Below, in pieces: positions 60,545 through 64,000 of a stretch of 64,000 nucleotides of DNA. The notes beneath the pieces were generated by a model that was given only the letters and a program-made list of their open reading frames with translations, did no database searches and was not told the DNA's origin. Where the stretch lies: positions 25,675 to 89,674 of the forward strand of contig JANMQV010000009.1 of NCBI GenBank assembly GCA_031370645.1, written 5' to 3'. The first letter of the stretch is position 1, and each line of letters begins with the position of its first letter. The stretch is from Candidatus Eiseniibacteriota bacterium (GTDB taxonomy: Bacteria > Eisenbacteria > RBG-16-71-46 > SZUA-252). Both the position numbers and the translations under genes were made by a program.

Positions 60545-60574
60545 AGTCTAGGAATCGGCTTAGATGCCTGTCAA
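60545..60574 (-). promoter_or_regulatory. sigma70 promoter for secA operon
   Basis: Minus strand TTGACA-N18-TAGACT. Confidence 0.72.
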
Positions 60575-60586
60575 GCGGGAAGCGAA

Positions 60587-61165
60587 CTATCTTAGTAGAA
60601 GGTCCATGGCGAACCCCGCGGAGAGCGGGATTCGGAAGTTGTCGTCGAGCGGGATGGGAAGAAGCTCGAAGACGGTCGCCACGGCGGCCCCCACCAACCC
60701 GACCGGGAACGGGATTCCCGGCACCAGCGCCGTCAGGCCGTAGCAGACGGCGAAGCAAGCAAGGCTCCCCTCGAGCGTCTTGCCGAAGAAGCGCACCCGG
60801 CCGAACGCCTTTCCCACAATGGCCGCCACCGTATCGCCGATGATCAAAAACGAAAGCGCGAGAACCGCCACCGGCTTCGTGAAGAGATGAATCGTCAGGA
60901 GGCAGGCGATGAGAAGGTAAGTCGAACCGAGGAGTGTCGCCTCCTCGTGATTGCGAAGCAATTCACCGAAGAAATGTCGGAAGATATTTCGCGTGCGCGG
61001 ATGATTCAGGCGGAAGACTTCGATGGCGAGCGAGAGGATCACCGAGGCGAGGAGTCCGCGCTCCCACCAACGCGACCACGACTCGGGGCTGACGTAATAC
61101 CCCACGGGGATGACGAGCGAGGCGAGGTGGATCGCCTTTCGCTTCAGTTCCGCGGCGAGGAGCAC
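60587..61165 (-). CDS. CTP-dependent polyprenol/diacylglycerol kinase family membrane protein
   Basis: ELKRKAIH, GDTVAAIVG, KTLEGS, DDNFRIP. Confidence 0.85.
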   Translation of the reverse strand: MLLAAELKRKAIHLASLVIPVGYYVSPESWSRWWERGLLASVILSLAIEVFRLNHPRTRNIFRHFFGELLRNHEEATLLGSTYLLIACLLTIHLFTKPVAVLALSFLIIGDTVAAIVGKAFGRVRFFGKTLEGSLACFAVCYGLTALVPGIPFPVGLVGAAVATVFELLPIPLDDNFRIPLSAGFAMDLLLR

Positions 61166-61187
61166 GGTCGCTTGAATCCTCCCTGAT

Positions 61188-63563
61188 TCACGGCGCGGGG
61201 ATCCGGTCGGGGCGAACGGCCGAACCGGATCCGTAGAGGCTCTCGTACCGGCGGCAGATCGCGTAGACCTGCTTCACGTAGTCGCGCGTCTCCCGGTACG
61301 GAATCCGCTCGACCCACTCATCATCGATCGGAACGCCGCCGGCGCTCCAGCGCCGGACCGCCTCTTCGCCGGCATTGTACGACGCCAGCACTGCCCGCAT
61401 GTCGCCGAACTCGGCCAGGAGCGCGCGGACGTAGCGCGCCCCGAGGCGAACGTTGAGCCCCGCCTCCCGGAGCGAGTCCTCCGGGACCTGCCGCTTCGCG
61501 AGCTGCGACGCCGTCGCCGGCATGAGCTGGAGGAGGCCGATGGCCCCTGCTTTGGAGCGCGCCTGGCGGTCGTAGGCGCTCTCCTGGCGCATGATCGCCC
61601 AGAGAAGGGCCGCCGACACGCTCTCCGCCGCGGCCGCCCTCAAGACTTCGCTCGGGTACGCCGGAGGGTAGTCGAGGCGCCCCTCGGGGACGAGCGCGCG
61701 CTGTCCGACGCGGAACACCCCGGACTCCTCAAGCGCGTTCGTGCTGGCGAGCGAATGCTCGGCGTCCCCTTCCCGCGCGATCTGCTTCACGCGCTCGGCC
61801 GCAATGGAGTTCCACCCGAGCGCCACGAGCACTCGGTTCTCCACCGAGCCGGAATCGAGGTCGTCGTTTCGGACGGAGCGCGCCACGCGAAGCGGCGACT
61901 TCGACAGGAGCGTCGGTTCGTCGGCTGCCCCCATCGCGCGTAGATCCTCCCCCGCGCGAAACCCTTCGTACGTGGTTGGCGCAAGGCGCGAGGCACTCCA
62001 AAATTCCGCGCGCGCCGAAGCGCTGTCACCGGCCGCGAGCGCCAGGCGTGCGCGCCAGAACGCCCCCGCGTAGTCGTCGGTGGGTGCCGTCGCCAGGAGG
62101 GCGCGAGCCGAATCGACCGCCCCCGTCCGCCTCCAGGCGATCGCCCCGTGCACTCGTCCCGCCGAGCGAAGCGGCCCACTCTTGAGATAGCCATTCGCCC
62201 ACGCGAAGACCGGCGCTGCCTCCACGGCGCTCCGCTGGTCTTCCCACTCTCGCGCTCGTTCCCACGCCGCCTGCTCGCCGGTCGGTCCCGCCGCGTCGAG
62301 CAGCACCGCGGACTGAAACGCCGAATCCATGGGCGCGAACGTCTTGGCGCCTCGAGCCGCGCGCGCGAAGCCGAGCGCCGCTTTCGCTCGGGTGGCCGGC
62401 GCCACGCCGGGAAGCGCTCCCAGCGTTCGATACGAGCCCATCGCGTCGGTGAATCGCCGAGCGCGAGCGTAGAGCCCCGCCTCAGTCTCGAGGCGGAGCG
62501 CCAGACCCGCGGAGTCCGCGGGAGCGCGGTGTCGTGCCGCGAGGAGTGCGAGCCCGCGCTCCGACTCCCCCGCTTCCCCGAGCGCGCGGCAGAGGTCGAG
62601 GTGGGAGCGTTCGTCCAGGGAGTCGGCCCGGCCCTTCGCGAGATCGGCCGCCCGGCGAAGCGCCGGATAGCGTTCGGAGAGAGCGGTGCCACTCCGGGTC
62701 CCGAAGCGCGAGAGCGCCTCGATCGCGCCGGTCGTGTCGCGTGCCTGCGTGTAGCTCTGTCCGAGGAGGAGCGCCTGCTCTCCGGAAGTCGGATCGCCGA
62801 GCAACGAGATCGCGAGCCGCGGCGTCCCCTCCGCGAGAAAACGTCGCGCCAGGAGACCCCGCGCCTCATCGCGGCCGGAAGGTCCCGCATCGGGCGAGGC
62901 GAGAAGGGCGAAGAGTGCGGCCCGCGACGCGCGGTCCTGGCCCATCGAATCGGCGAGCTCGGCGGCGGTCAAGAGATGCGCGGCGTCGCGGGCCGGCCCC
63001 CGCGTCGGCGATCCGAAGCCCGCGAGCCAGCGATCCCCCCGCGCGAGGCGACGATCGGGTGGCCAGGCGAGGAGCGCGAGGCCCTGCTCGGCCCGTCCGG
63101 AGCGGCCGAGGAGCGAGGCGCGGATCGGTAGTAGCGGCTCGTCGTCGCGGAGCGCCCCTTCGAGGAGGAGCGCCGCGCGTTGGGTCGACCCCTCGCCGAG
63201 GAGGTCGAGGGCCGCGCCGCGAAGATGCGGTAGCGGAACACGAATGGCGGAGGCATCGGGGACCCAGGCGCGAAGCGCCGCGCGATAGAGCGATTCGGCG
63301 GCGGCGGCGCGGAGGTCGGCCGTCGCCATGGCGGCGCTCGATTCGTTCCAGCGCGCAAGGCGCCTCGCCTCCCGCGCTTCGAGCCACGCCGCGCGCCGCG
63401 CGACCCACGCGGGCACGGCTCCGATCGGCGGTTGTGCGTTCGCGGGTCGCGATGCCGCGGAGGCCACGAGCAACGCGATCAGGAAGAGCGCGCGGAGCCG
63501 GCGATCCGATCGCCGCCACTCCGCGCGAATCGAGCCCTCGCGTGCCGCGGGCCCGAGCGTCAT
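61188..63563 (-). CDS. Soluble lytic transglycosylase (Slt70-like, helical repeats plus GH23 domain)
   Basis: AIMRQES, GLLQLMPATA, ASYNAG, IPYRETRDYV. Confidence 0.9.
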   Translation of the reverse strand: MTLGPAAREGSIRAEWRRSDRRLRALFLIALLVASAASRPANAQPPIGAVPAWVARRAAWLEAREARRLARWNESSAAMATADLRAAAAESLYRAALRAWVPDASAIRVPLPHLRGAALDLLGEGSTQRAALLLEGALRDDEPLLPIRASLLGRSGRAEQGLALLAWPPDRRLARGDRWLAGFGSPTRGPARDAAHLLTAAELADSMGQDRASRAALFALLASPDAGPSGRDEARGLLARRFLAEGTPRLAISLLGDPTSGEQALLLGQSYTQARDTTGAIEALSRFGTRSGTALSERYPALRRAADLAKGRADSLDERSHLDLCRALGEAGESERGLALLAARHRAPADSAGLALRLETEAGLYARARRFTDAMGSYRTLGALPGVAPATRAKAALGFARAARGAKTFAPMDSAFQSAVLLDAAGPTGEQAAWERAREWEDQRSAVEAAPVFAWANGYLKSGPLRSAGRVHGAIAWRRTGAVDSARALLATAPTDDYAGAFWRARLALAAGDSASARAEFWSASRLAPTTYEGFRAGEDLRAMGAADEPTLLSKSPLRVARSVRNDDLDSGSVENRVLVALGWNSIAAERVKQIAREGDAEHSLASTNALEESGVFRVGQRALVPEGRLDYPPAYPSEVLRAAAAESVSAALLWAIMRQESAYDRQARSKAGAIGLLQLMPATASQLAKRQVPEDSLREAGLNVRLGARYVRALLAEFGDMRAVLASYNAGEEAVRRWSAGGVPIDDEWVERIPYRETRDYVKQVYAICRRYESLYGSGSAVRPDRIPAP

Positions 63564-63567
63564 GGGA

Positions 63568-64000
63568 TCAGCGAACGACGACGAGTCGCGTCGTCTGCGA
63601 CTCGCCGAGGAGGGTCACCTTCGCGAAATAGACTCCCGCGCCGGCGGCTGCACCCGCGCGATCCCGGCCGTCCCACGACGCGCCAAACTCGTGCGCGAGG
63701 AGTGGATCGATGGCGGCGATCAACTCCCGCACCAGGCGTCCCTTCACGTCGTAGATGCGAACGACGGGACGCTCGCCCGGGTGCGGTAGCCCGTCGCGCG
63801 CGCTGAATCGGAACCGGAGCGATCCCGAAGAGGAAGTGCCGGCGAAGTACGGAATCGGCCCCGCGCGAAACGTCACGCGGTGCGGTGTCGGCGCCGGCGT
63901 CTGCCGGGCGGCCACCACGATGTCGTCGACGTACCAGCCTTCGTAGTAGCGGACGAGGCTCCCGAATTGATCGCGCGGTTCGTTCGCGTCGTCACTGGCA
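63568..64000 (-). CDS. 3' end of secreted protein with FlgD/T9SS-like C-terminal domain (5' off window)
   Basis: Frame open to edge (..EGWYVDDI..); VRIYDVKGRLVREL..WDGRD..GAGVYF. Confidence 0.8.
   Translation of the reverse strand, partial: ASDDANEPRDQFGSLVRYYEGWYVDDIVVAARQTPAPTPHRVTFRAGPIPYFAGTSSSGSLRFRFSARDGLPHPGERPVVRIYDVKGRLVRELIAAIDPLLAHEFGASWDGRDRAGAAAGAGVYFAKVTLLGESQTTRLVVVR

Overview
High-GC bacterial chromosomal window with no tRNA, rRNA, CRISPR array or mobile element that I can see. FlgD/T9SS-like C-terminal domains, a PorV-family protein and an insert-bearing SecA suggest an FCB-group lineage such as Ca. Eisenbacteria (inference only). The left half (1-31 kb) is an exosortase A/PEP-CTERM exopolysaccharide and surface-protein locus: two AsnB-like amide ligases, a CapK-like ligase, glycosyltransferases, two deacetylases, a GNAT-ACP-acyl ligase-PLP decarboxylase module, an O-glycosylation ligase, xrtA, one PEP-CTERM protein, a PorV-SPOR fusion, a priming sugar transferase and a PAS kinase/sigma54 activator pair. 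Embedded in it are four secreted proteins (one beta-helix, three Fn3) in three transcription units, each behind a sigma54-type promoter. Their Fn3 architecture (N-terminal domains lacking strand A, C-terminal orphan strand-A peptides) suggests an undescribed donor-strand-complemented fibre. A dif site at 35210-35237, converging gene orientation and polarised GGGNAGGG (KOPS-like) motifs mark the probable replication terminus. The right half is mostly minus-strand housekeeping (GH57, SNF2 helicase, beta-CASP nuclease, xerD, ogt, uvrC, rpsT, proS, dapBA, argF, xerC, topA, smg-like, secA, Slt). All family calls come from motif recognition, not database searches.
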